From: a virus
Lineage: Duplodnaviria; Caudoviricetes
IMG/VR virus record: IMGVR_UViG_3300007643_000272
Coordinates: 1 to 38,890 of that record
Reading direction: 5' to 3' (one strand)
DNA length: 38,890 bases
Each line of letters starts with the position of its first letter. The stretch's first letter is position 1. Position numbers and translations under genes: made by a program. Below the pieces are notes generated by a model, which saw only the letters and a program-made list of their open reading frames with translations, made no database searches and was not told where the DNA came from. This document shows positions 26,558-34,402 of this stretch, in pieces.

Positions 26558-28786
26558 CTAAGTGCGCGGTGCGTGACCAACGAGCCACTTACGCTTGCCG
26601 CGATATTTGAAAGAATAGTCAATTCCCTTGTGCTCGCAAATATACTCATTGATCGTTTCTACACCTGAGACCTCGTCTACGAAGGTGGTGACGAATGTTG
26701 GCTCTTCCGGCGGTGGAATGTAAATCACACGAGTTCGACCATCTGGATAAGCGCCGCCTGTAAAGGTGGGCGTGGCACCTGAATTGGAAGTGACGTAGAG
26801 ACAAAACTCGCCACCAATGTCGTCGCCGTCGGTGCCCATGTCGTCAGGAATGACAAACAGTGAAGCGCTCGGTGTGAACAGTTGACCGTTTAGCACGAGG
26901 CGTCCGTTGTTCGGCTGAGCGCGCAGATCATAAATCGTGTTGTTGATGTCCTTGCCGTGCATCCTTGAGCCGAGAGACGCGTCGGGCCGAAGCAGTCTGC
27001 GGATTTGGTGGAGCGCCGCGGCCTGGAAGCGACCGCCCTCAAATGACCGTAGAGCCGCCCCTCCTACTTCTTCGCCCCAGTTATGCCGGTTCTCTGGATG
27101 CGAGCCATCGACGGCCGTGTAGCCGGCGCTTGAAGCAACGGCGTGCCGAGGGCCGAGGTCGGCCTGCAAACTCACAATATCGTTCCGGGCCTTTTCGTAG
27201 GATTTCTGACCTGCGTTGGTCCGCAAGCTCTCGTAGCTTACCCACATGCTGTCGGAGTCGCACCAATGCCCCTCGACGCCGTCGAACACGGAAGTGCGGT
27301 TCATAAGTGCCGCGTAAATCTTTTCGCGCATCGACTGGTAGTCTTCTGGCTGCGAGACACCGCCGACCGTCGAAACTAGGTCGTCGTAGCTGAGGCCGAC
27401 ATTTCCGCCGTTTTGGATGTCTGACCAAATGCGGATCTTGCGGAGGCCCGTGAGTTCCATCGTTCGTTCAACTTGGCGGATGAGTTCGTCAAGTAGATGG
27501 TGAATGCCAACTTTTGAACCGGCAGCGGCTGTAACTCCTGCGCCGTTGACAGGGCCGTCGATCGTGTGGACTTCAAACGTTCCGGGCACTGGCGCTGTCG
27601 CCTTGCGGATATCGCCATATACCCACGATGTATTCATCGCATAGTACCAGCCGGTCGGCGACGTGGGAACACCGGTCAGGCCTAGGAGCGTGACCTTCGA
27701 AGCCTTGTTCGTGGTGGTCGCTGCGGCGAGCTTCCGGCAATCGGAAACCGCAATAATTAGCGGATTGCCCGGTGTGATCGAGGTGATCTCCGCCTCGTTT
27801 TCAGCATCGTAAAGGTCGATCGCTTGGCTGCCCTCGGCGACCGTGATCAGTGTGATCCGCCGACCAGTTGCATTATGGCGAGCCTGTGCCTGCCCCAGAT
27901 GGACGCTGTTTAGACCGTTCTTGAATGGCTCGAGGCCCACTGTCACGGGACCAACATCGTCTTGGTCTGGGCGATAGCAGAGGATTGCCGGGCCGGGGTC
28001 TTTACCAACGAAAGTTTGCTTGTATGTCCCGTCGCCCTGATCTTCGATGATCTGATTTTCGTGGCACGGCGTGGTCGTGAAATGCGGTTCGCCGTTCTGC
28101 TTGATGACAAACTCATTCGCCGTCGCATAGACGATAGACTGGCCGATCATCACCGACAATTCTTCTTCGCCTGCTGGCCCATGCCAACGTCCCGGTGCGG
28201 CGTCGGCTATGGTGACCGGTTTGATCGTGCCGAAGCCCCCATCGTCTCTGCGAAGTGATTCCGCATACCAAATCCACAGGCCTTGGCCTGCGCGGGGGGT
28301 GTCTCCGGGAGTTTGGCGATAGTTGCAAATGTACCCGCTGCGGACTTTATCAGCCCCGCCATCGAGACTGCGCAGGTCCATTGATCTGCCCAGCATTCCG
28401 ACCGCGTGCAGGTCGCGGCCAAGCTCGGCTAGGTTATTTCCGGCGGACGGAGGGTTGGAAATCAGACGCTTCAAGTCCTCTGCGCGTGCATTCAGGCGGT
28501 CTACTTCGCGGTTGAGCCCTGGCTCGGTGACGCCGTCTTTGGCACTAGACAAGTGAGTGGTGTCGCGCCAAATTTTGACGTCTACACCAGCGACGCCTGC
28601 TTTAAGCGTGATGACGCCGCCCATCCATGCCTCACCTACCACGTTTGGCGCATGATCGAATTCTTCAATCTTGAGGATTGTTCCGCCGACGTCGACGCGC
28701 AAGTCCTCTTTGTCAAAATACTCCCAGTCAAAATCGAGCGGGCCTGTGCCGACAAATGCTGTGAAGAGTTTCTCAAAATCAGCCAT
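26558..28786 (-). CDS. tail fibre/spike: T7 gp17-like N-terminal anchor + SGNH acetylesterase-like domain
   Basis: FDWEYFDKEDLRVDV..VKIWRDT anchor; GQGLWIW..DDGG..GRW tailspike head motif; MIGQSI and VDGSHP catalytic motifs. Confidence 0.72.
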   Translation of the reverse strand: MADFEKLFTAFVGTGPLDFDWEYFDKEDLRVDVGGTILKIEEFDHAPNVVGEAWMGGVITLKAGVAGVDVKIWRDTTHLSSAKDGVTEPGLNREVDRLNARAEDLKRLISNPPSAGNNLAELGRDLHAVGMLGRSMDLRSLDGGADKVRSGYICNYRQTPGDTPRAGQGLWIWYAESLRRDDGGFGTIKPVTIADAAPGRWHGPAGEEELSVMIGQSIVYATANEFVIKQNGEPHFTTTPCHENQIIEDQGDGTYKQTFVGKDPGPAILCYRPDQDDVGPVTVGLEPFKNGLNSVHLGQAQARHNATGRRITLITVAEGSQAIDLYDAENEAEITSITPGNPLIIAVSDCRKLAAATTTNKASKVTLLGLTGVPTSPTGWYYAMNTSWVYGDIRKATAPVPGTFEVHTIDGPVNGAGVTAAAGSKVGIHHLLDELIRQVERTMELTGLRKIRIWSDIQNGGNVGLSYDDLVSTVGGVSQPEDYQSMREKIYAALMNRTSVFDGVEGHWCDSDSMWVSYESLRTNAGQKSYEKARNDIVSLQADLGPRHAVASSAGYTAVDGSHPENRHNWGEEVGGAALRSFEGGRFQAAALHQIRRLLRPDASLGSRMHGKDINNTIYDLRAQPNNGRLVLNGQLFTPSASLFVIPDDMGTDGDDIGGEFCLYVTSNSGATPTFTGGAYPDGRTRVIYIPPPEEPTFVTTFVDEVSGVETINEYICEHKGIDYSFKYRGKRKWLVGHAPRT

Positions 28787-28875
28787 CAAGGGCTCCGCTG
28801 GATATGACGATGAATAGGGCCGTTCCCGCTAATGCCAGGCAAAGCAGCAACAGCCCCATCTCGATTTGATCTGTG

Positions 28876-29349
28876 TTATTCCGAAGGTGTTTCATTAGCT
28901 TCCAGCGGAGCGCCGGTCGGATCTTCCATCGCGCCTTCAATGACGCCAATCAGAAGGCCTGCTAATGGGTGGGCTTTGAGCGCCGTCTTTGCCGCTCGGA
29001 ATGCAATAGGTGCAACTTTAGGTGCCGCGCGTTTCAGGAAGCCAAGGGAGGCGCGCAGCGTGGACTGTATCGGTGTGGTTTGGTCTTCAGGTACCGGCTC
29101 GGCCTCGACAGCTGTCTGGATACGCACGATAGCGTCGGTGACAGATGGGTCGCCTTCATGATCGGCTGCGGCCTGTGCCAGCGCCTCTTCAAATGTTGAC
29201 GGTTGGTCACTGCCCATGTCGATATCGCCGTGCATGTCACCCTCGACATTGACGTTCTTGGATTTATCGATCGTTTGAGCCACATCGCCGTGTACGTCGC
29301 CGCCGATGCTCATGTTAAATCCGCCGGATGTTTTTTCGTCACCGGTCAT
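28876..29349 (-). CDS. putative amyloid-motif-controlled helical effector
   Basis: N-terminal pseudo-repeats MSIGGDVHGDVAQT and VNVEGDMHGDIDMG; C-terminal amphipathic/hydrophobic helices ending HPLAGLLIGVIEG; ATGA-coupled to the upstream gene. Confidence 0.6.
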   Translation of the reverse strand: MTGDEKTSGGFNMSIGGDVHGDVAQTIDKSKNVNVEGDMHGDIDMGSDQPSTFEEALAQAAADHEGDPSVTDAIVRIQTAVEAEPVPEDQTTPIQSTLRASLGFLKRAAPKVAPIAFRAAKTALKAHPLAGLLIGVIEGAMEDPTGAPLEANETPSE

Positions 29350-29391
29350 GTCTTTTCCTTTTTGATAGTTTGAGCCACATCGCCGTGGACG
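29269..29391. repeat. direct repeat encoding VHGDVAQTI in two adjacent genes
   Basis: Exact 20-mer gtttgagccacatcgccgtg at 29273-29292 and 29368-29387; the flanking mismatches are synonymous third positions. Confidence 0.95.
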
Positions 29392-29741
29392 CTGCCTTGA
29401 ATGTCTGTCCGGTCGCCCGTGTTCACCTGAACGCTGGATTTATTCGCCGCCGCAGCCATGGCATCGAGCCGGCCTTGCATTCCTGACAGGCCTTTGATCA
29501 TCTTGGTCATGGTCGCTATCTGTTGGCGATCCGCCTCTATGCGATCCTTGCGCTCTTGCTCGCGGCGATTGCGTTCTTCACGCCTATACTCGAGCATTTC
29601 TTGACGATCGATGATCATCCGTTCGCGGTCTCTTATCGCGCCTTCAATGTGCGCGCGGACGTCGCCCGTCAAATTGGCTAGATCTTTGCGAATGTCGGTG
29701 ACCTGATCCATGGCCAGTTTCAACATTATTTCGGCGCTCAT
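29346..29741 (-). CDS. coiled-coil adaptor with C-terminal amyloid-like motif
   Basis: E/R-rich long helix followed by SSVQVNTGDRTDIQGSVHGDVAQTI; ATGA overlaps at both ends. Confidence 0.65.
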   Translation of the reverse strand: MSAEIMLKLAMDQVTDIRKDLANLTGDVRAHIEGAIRDRERMIIDRQEMLEYRREERNRREQERKDRIEADRQQIATMTKMIKGLSGMQGRLDAMAAAANKSSVQVNTGDRTDIQGSVHGDVAQTIKKEKT

Positions 29742-30565
29742 AGATCTTTCTCAAGGTCATCGACCATGGCCTGCATCGCTTCGAGTTCGCTCATAACTTT
29801 GTCTTCAACAATTGGCGGTGAGGGGGCAGGTTCAGGAGGGTTATTTGGTGGCGGGACTGGCGTCGGGGCAGGCTGCGATTGGTCGCCCGGCACTGGTTCC
29901 GTTTCGGCCTCTGGCAGAATTTCGTCAGGCTGCAGCGGCGGCACAGGGACCGGCTCGACAACTTCCACAGGCGCTGGCTCGTCGGTCTTGACGGGCAGAG
30001 CCACCTGATCAATATTTTTCTTAGTCTCTCGCACACCGTCAAGCATAGCGAGGACGGCTTCTAACAAATCATACTTCTTTAGCTCTTCGGCCAATCGCGC
30101 ATGCTGCCCTACCTCGCCGAAGTCGGATGGCAAGTTCACAAAGCCGAAAACCATCTTACGATTGTGGTCGTGTTTGTTCAGGCAGAACGTCTCGCAGAAG
30201 CTGTCGCTAAATGGCTTCAGGCATATGCGAGCCGCAACCTTGCTACCGTCAGCGTGCTTAAACTCGAAGGCTCGGAAGTCGCGCGCCTCGAGCGCTTTGC
30301 TTACGGTGTTGCCGAGCTCGCCATAGCGTTTGACATAGCCCGGATGATTTTCGTGCAAGTAATCAGGCAGGACCGTATTGAAGTCCAAACCGATCAGTCT
30401 GTCGCCTGGCTCATGGCCAAGTTTCTCTGCGAGACGCGGATCGAAGCCGATAATCTTGTGGTCGTAACCAATCGCCACTGGGTAGCACGGCATGTTTCCA
30501 AAGACGAACTTCGCGACCTCAAGGGAGTAAGAATCGTCAGGATTTGTCCAAGTCACATTAATCAT
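29738..30565 (-). CDS. FixL-like heme-PAS domain protein with Pro-rich linker
   Basis: LIGLDFNTVLPDYLHENHPGYVKRY aligns without gaps to FixL AIGQNVNILMPEPDRSRHDSYISRY (recalled); also KHADGS and FGFV; no kinase domain. Confidence 0.8.
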   Translation of the reverse strand: MINVTWTNPDDSYSLEVAKFVFGNMPCYPVAIGYDHKIIGFDPRLAEKLGHEPGDRLIGLDFNTVLPDYLHENHPGYVKRYGELGNTVSKALEARDFRAFEFKHADGSKVAARICLKPFSDSFCETFCLNKHDHNRKMVFGFVNLPSDFGEVGQHARLAEELKKYDLLEAVLAMLDGVRETKKNIDQVALPVKTDEPAPVEVVEPVPVPPLQPDEILPEAETEPVPGDQSQPAPTPVPPPNNPPEPAPSPPIVEDKVMSELEAMQAMVDDLEKDL

Positions 30566-30644
30566 AGAGTTGCCCGTATTGATGCTGGGCGTTCGTGTGG
30601 ACCGTAGACGCTGCCCAGACGTTTCGGAAATATGGATCAGGTCA

Positions 30645-30941
30645 CTAAGTGATCCGCTCGATCAAAAAGGCCCACACTGGAAGCCAGCCGTGGCCAGCCG
30701 CTATGCCTGCGATAAAGTAAATAGGACGCGCACGGCCTCGAGAGGCGCGCACCTTGTCGGTCTTTGCCGCTTCCTTCTCGACGGAAGCTACACCGAGCGC
30801 GATGGCCTTGGCCTTCGCAGCTTCCGCATTCTCAGTGCGAGCGCGTTCAGCCAACACATCGGCGTCACGCTGAGCCAGCTGACGATAGAGTTTTTGCTCC
30901 TTGCCACCTAATGCGGTCAATTTGCGCGGAGGCTTAGACAT
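30645..30941 (-). CDS. small membrane protein (coiled coil + C-terminal hydrophobic segment)
   Basis: PIYFIAGIAAGHGWLPVWAFLI tail; overlaps the upstream gene by 8 nt. Confidence 0.65.
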   Translation of the reverse strand: MSKPPRKLTALGGKEQKLYRQLAQRDADVLAERARTENAEAAKAKAIALGVASVEKEAAKTDKVRASRGRARPIYFIAGIAAGHGWLPVWAFLIERIT

Positions 30942-31122
30942 TATTTTGATCTACTGAGACCGGTGACGCGGTGTCCTCGGCGGAGCTGTCGTCACGCATT
31001 GAATCTTTTGCAATTCTGGCCGCGTTCTTCGCTTTGCCAAATACTCGCTTAATCATGGCCAGCCGGCGAATGATGACGTCTGCGACCAGGATGGACAGAG
31101 CGATGAATAGAATGAAGTTCAT
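30934..31122 (-). CDS. small membrane protein (N-terminal TM, basic then acidic tail), holin-like candidate
   Basis: MNFILFIALSILVADVII followed by RRLAMIKRVFGKAK; AGGGA RBS. Confidence 0.6.
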   Translation of the reverse strand: MNFILFIALSILVADVIIRRLAMIKRVFGKAKNAARIAKDSMRDDSSAEDTASPVSVDQNNV

Positions 31123-31194
31123 GTTTTTTATCCCTATTGTAGTTTGTATTTTCTTACTGTTGGCACGTCAGAGGATGGTGTAATCGGGCATGGG

Positions 31195-31797
31195 TTAGAT
31201 GCGCTCCAATTCGATAAAGCCCGCATGGCAGCGGACATAATAATTCGTGCTAGGCGTCGTAGACGCACCTGCTACGCCGAGCGTCAGCATGTCTCCGGCT
31301 GGCACCACGTTCTCAGCATTGCCGCTCAAATCAATATCCGTAAGCTGTCGGATAGTGGTTGCATAATTATTGTAACCTGCTGCGCCTGTGGCGGTGACTT
31401 GATCGAGGACATAAGTCGTCGTGCGCGTTGCAGATCCGCCGGACCAAGTCTGCTTTGCTAATACCCATGCCCAAGAGATTGCAGCGTTTGCATTTGAGTT
31501 GGTGTGATGTACGAGCAACCGCTTGACACGAACGTCATATGGCAGCACGACGCCGCCCGTGCTGGTGGCTAGGTTAGTCGCGCCTGCATTACCCAAGTCG
31601 TTCGTGTGGCGGTCATCCAGTCTGCCCCGCACACCCCAGCCGTTGATCTCGCCGGGATCGATCAGGAACTCACCGCCAAGCATGATCGGCGGGTGCCATG
31701 TTGAGCTAACCCCGCTTTCTTGAATGTCTGTGACTGCGGCCTGAGTGGTAGCGACATCGGCTAAGAGACGTTCAGCAAGGGTGGTGTAATCGGTCAT
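31195..31797 (-). CDS. putative fibre tip / receptor-binding protein
   Basis: N-terminal heptad helix followed by a Thr/Gly/Asn-rich beta domain; follows the collar-domain fibre. Confidence 0.5.
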   Translation of the reverse strand: MTDYTTLAERLLADVATTQAAVTDIQESGVSSTWHPPIMLGGEFLIDPGEINGWGVRGRLDDRHTNDLGNAGATNLATSTGGVVLPYDVRVKRLLVHHTNSNANAAISWAWVLAKQTWSGGSATRTTTYVLDQVTATGAAGYNNYATTIRQLTDIDLSGNAENVVPAGDMLTLGVAGASTTPSTNYYVRCHAGFIELERI

Positions 31798-31813
31798 GGA
31801 TTAGACGCGCCAC

Positions 31814-33739
31814 CTACGCTTTATTGCCGTAGACAGTCCATGAGATAGTGCCTGCCCCCGTGCCCACGTCGTCCAAGATTGTGACCGGACAGTTTGTAGC
31901 TGTGCGAGTCCCTTCCTGCGCCGTGCAGCGCTGGCTGGCAGATGTGCCGCTCCCAGTCACGGTCGTATGCAGTGCGTAGCCCGCCTGAAGTGCCACGCCC
32001 CAATCAAGGGTCGCGTTCGGGTTCGCGGCAATGCGCCCATGCCGAACAAAGTCATAGTCAACATCAGGCCCGGCGCTTGCTGCTGGGGCGTCTGTGAATG
32101 TCGCTGTGCCATCGCCGTTCGGCGTCAGGACTCTGGTTGTGTCGGCTTCGTTCGGATTGGTAATCGTTAGGGTGCCCGGCTCAACCATGATCGTCTTGGC
32201 ATAGCTGTCCAGCACCAGCACGAACTGCATGGCGAAGTTATGTGGTCGTGTTTCTGGGTCAGCCGATGACATGCCAACGCCGTTATTGGCCGCGCCTGTA
32301 AGACTTCCACTACCCTTGCCAAAATCGTTGTTACTTTGTCCGTTCCAATCGGATTGAACGTATGTTCTTAACGTCCGCAGCCCATTGACCGCCGTGCCGT
32401 CAGCCTGCGACGCCATGAACGCGGCAGCATTGCCACCAAGGTTACGAATGAACCTACCGTCAAATGTGCTCGGCACCGTCAGATCATCGCCGATCACGAA
32501 GGTCGGGAACATCGCTGCAAACTTCGGATTATCTACGGCACCGTTCGTGAGGCTATAGCCGTTAATTAGAGGCAGCAGCCCCTCAGCCACATAATCAGCA
32601 GGAAACTTAGCCGTTCCGTCAGTTTTTACATTTGGCACTGCCTTGAAAGCGCCAATCTCATTGGCTGCAATCGTGGTGTAGATTTCAACCTTATTCCAGA
32701 AACCAGTCGCAGCATCATCAGCGGCATCGCCAGACGTTGCGCCAAGAGTGAACACATACCAGTCTGCACCGACGCGGCGGGTCTCGCCATCACGGGCCGT
32801 CAGAGCAGTAAGCTCTGCAAGCGTTGCCACAGGTGCGCCGCGCAGTCCTTCAGGCTCATCATTTGGCGTGCCAATGCCAAAGCGAGACAGGCGCGGCTTG
32901 ACCGCAAGCAGTTCGGCCTCGGTGCCGTTTGGCACCTCTGTATCGAGGATGGTTTCGCCGGTGTTGATGACCCAATTAAACCACGTCTGATAATCTGGAT
33001 CAGCAGGATCAGGCTCCGGCGCAGAGAACACAGTGCCCTCTGTGTACTCGGTCGCTTCAAGAAACGTTGCGGCCTGATCGGATGCCTCAACCGTCTGGCT
33101 CGTTGTCCAGTAAAGCGGATCAGTGATGGCCGCAACGTTGGTAAAGCTGTCGTTGTAGTTCGTGCCCTGATAGGTGACGATCACGCCCTGCGATGAGCCG
33201 CCATTGGCAGGTGTTGCATTGATTGCAGACAGGCCGTTCGGGAACTTGCCCGTGTAGTAGAACTTGACCGTTCCCGCCTTGTTGCGGCCAAGACCGATCG
33301 TGCCGTTGAACAGAGCCTTATCCGTAATGATCGTAGCCGTGCCACCCGAGTACTGAACGAGGTTGGCGTCATACACCCAATCGCCGGGCGGGTATGAATT
33401 GCCGTCATTATCGACGAACTCCAGCCCGACATTTGAGCCAGCATTCGTGCCGGCAGAGCGAAGCGTTACCTCGATATAATTCAGAACCAGCGTTTGCGGG
33501 TCTTTAGATCCGAAGTTGAACCAATCGTCATTCGGCACACCGTTTGCAGGGAATGCCGCAGTCGTCGCGGTTCGGCGCGCCCATAGTTCTTCCGTGCTTC
33601 GGATAAATACAGCGCTATCGGCTGGTATAGTTTCAGCCGCCGGAGCCGCGTAATCGTCGAAGTAGAGCAGGCGCACATCCGGCGCATCCGCCTCATCGGG
33701 AACAACAAAAGTCAGTGGGCCTTCATTGATGTCTGGCAT
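31814..33739 (-). CDS. fibre protein with tail-collar-like domain
   Basis: IGAF..LINGYSL..PKFAAMF..DGRFIRN..SQAD..ETRPHNFAMQF collar signature; VATLAELTAL..DG head motif; C-terminal ISWTVYG beta domain. Confidence 0.75.
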   Translation of the reverse strand: MPDINEGPLTFVVPDEADAPDVRLLYFDDYAAPAAETIPADSAVFIRSTEELWARRTATTAAFPANGVPNDDWFNFGSKDPQTLVLNYIEVTLRSAGTNAGSNVGLEFVDNDGNSYPPGDWVYDANLVQYSGGTATIITDKALFNGTIGLGRNKAGTVKFYYTGKFPNGLSAINATPANGGSSQGVIVTYQGTNYNDSFTNVAAITDPLYWTTSQTVEASDQAATFLEATEYTEGTVFSAPEPDPADPDYQTWFNWVINTGETILDTEVPNGTEAELLAVKPRLSRFGIGTPNDEPEGLRGAPVATLAELTALTARDGETRRVGADWYVFTLGATSGDAADDAATGFWNKVEIYTTIAANEIGAFKAVPNVKTDGTAKFPADYVAEGLLPLINGYSLTNGAVDNPKFAAMFPTFVIGDDLTVPSTFDGRFIRNLGGNAAAFMASQADGTAVNGLRTLRTYVQSDWNGQSNNDFGKGSGSLTGAANNGVGMSSADPETRPHNFAMQFVLVLDSYAKTIMVEPGTLTITNPNEADTTRVLTPNGDGTATFTDAPAASAGPDVDYDFVRHGRIAANPNATLDWGVALQAGYALHTTVTGSGTSASQRCTAQEGTRTATNCPVTILDDVGTGAGTISWTVYGNKA

Positions 33740-33748
33740 GACAGTCCC

Positions 33749-34396
33749 CTACGGCCCAGTCTGCGGAGCACGCAGATTGTAAGTAAATTCGTAAGTCGGC
33801 GGATCAATCGCGGCATTTGTGCCGTTTTCGAGATAGATCGTGAGCGTGTCAGCGGCAGTCACGTCACCCCACATCGTCAGACCTTGCAGCGAACTGTCAG
33901 CTACGAGTTCCACGAACATGCCGGGCGTCGCACCCGTAACAGCTACCGGGCGCTCGCGGCGCTGCCCCGCATTTAGCGTGGCTGCATTCCAATTGTGTGT
34001 GCCGATCAAATCAATCAGGCCTAGCTTTGTCTTGATGTTGTTCCGCGAGGTGTCAACATCGAGGACGGCGTTATCAAAGGCATCGCGGAGAACTTGGCTA
34101 CTGATCGCCAACGGCACGCGGTCGCCGTTTGCGGTATAGACAAACACAAAGGCCCGTTCGTCAGGTTTTCCGTTAGGCGTGATGATAACCACGCGCACTT
34201 CGCCCGCAGCGCCCGTGGCGTCCGCCGACGCCACCAATGGCATAAGCGGCGCGCGAGGTACCGGAGCGCCACCGGTATTGACCACATATTCAGTTATGCT
34301 GCCGCTCGCTTCCAGCACATCGTAACGATGGCCGGAAGTGAACGTGGACAGCGCGTCAAACTCTGCGCGCGTGACGCGATGCCAAGAAATAGACAT
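33749..34396 (-). CDS. putative fibre/virion appendage subunit
   Basis: N-terminus similar to 34403-34882; C-terminal VAVTGATPGMFV..VTAADTLTIYLENGT..IDP domain typical of spike termini. Confidence 0.6.
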   Translation of the reverse strand: MSISWHRVTRAEFDALSTFTSGHRYDVLEASGSITEYVVNTGGAPVPRAPLMPLVASADATGAAGEVRVVIITPNGKPDERAFVFVYTANGDRVPLAISSQVLRDAFDNAVLDVDTSRNNIKTKLGLIDLIGTHNWNAATLNAGQRRERPVAVTGATPGMFVELVADSSLQGLTMWGDVTAADTLTIYLENGTNAAIDPPTYEFTYNLRAPQTGP

Positions 34397-34402
34397 GGGG
34401 CG

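Noticed and set aside
29269-29391. Repeat as CRISPR array, att site or DGR TR/VR pair
   Set aside because: Only two copies, both in coding frame with synonymous differences. No adenine-specific mismatch pattern and no reverse transcriptase, integrase or cas gene in the window.
30566-30661. Frameshift fusion of the 98-aa TM protein to the PAS protein
   Set aside because: The PAS frame is open to 30661, but it would need a +1 shift with no evident shift site; an open stretch this short is unremarkable.
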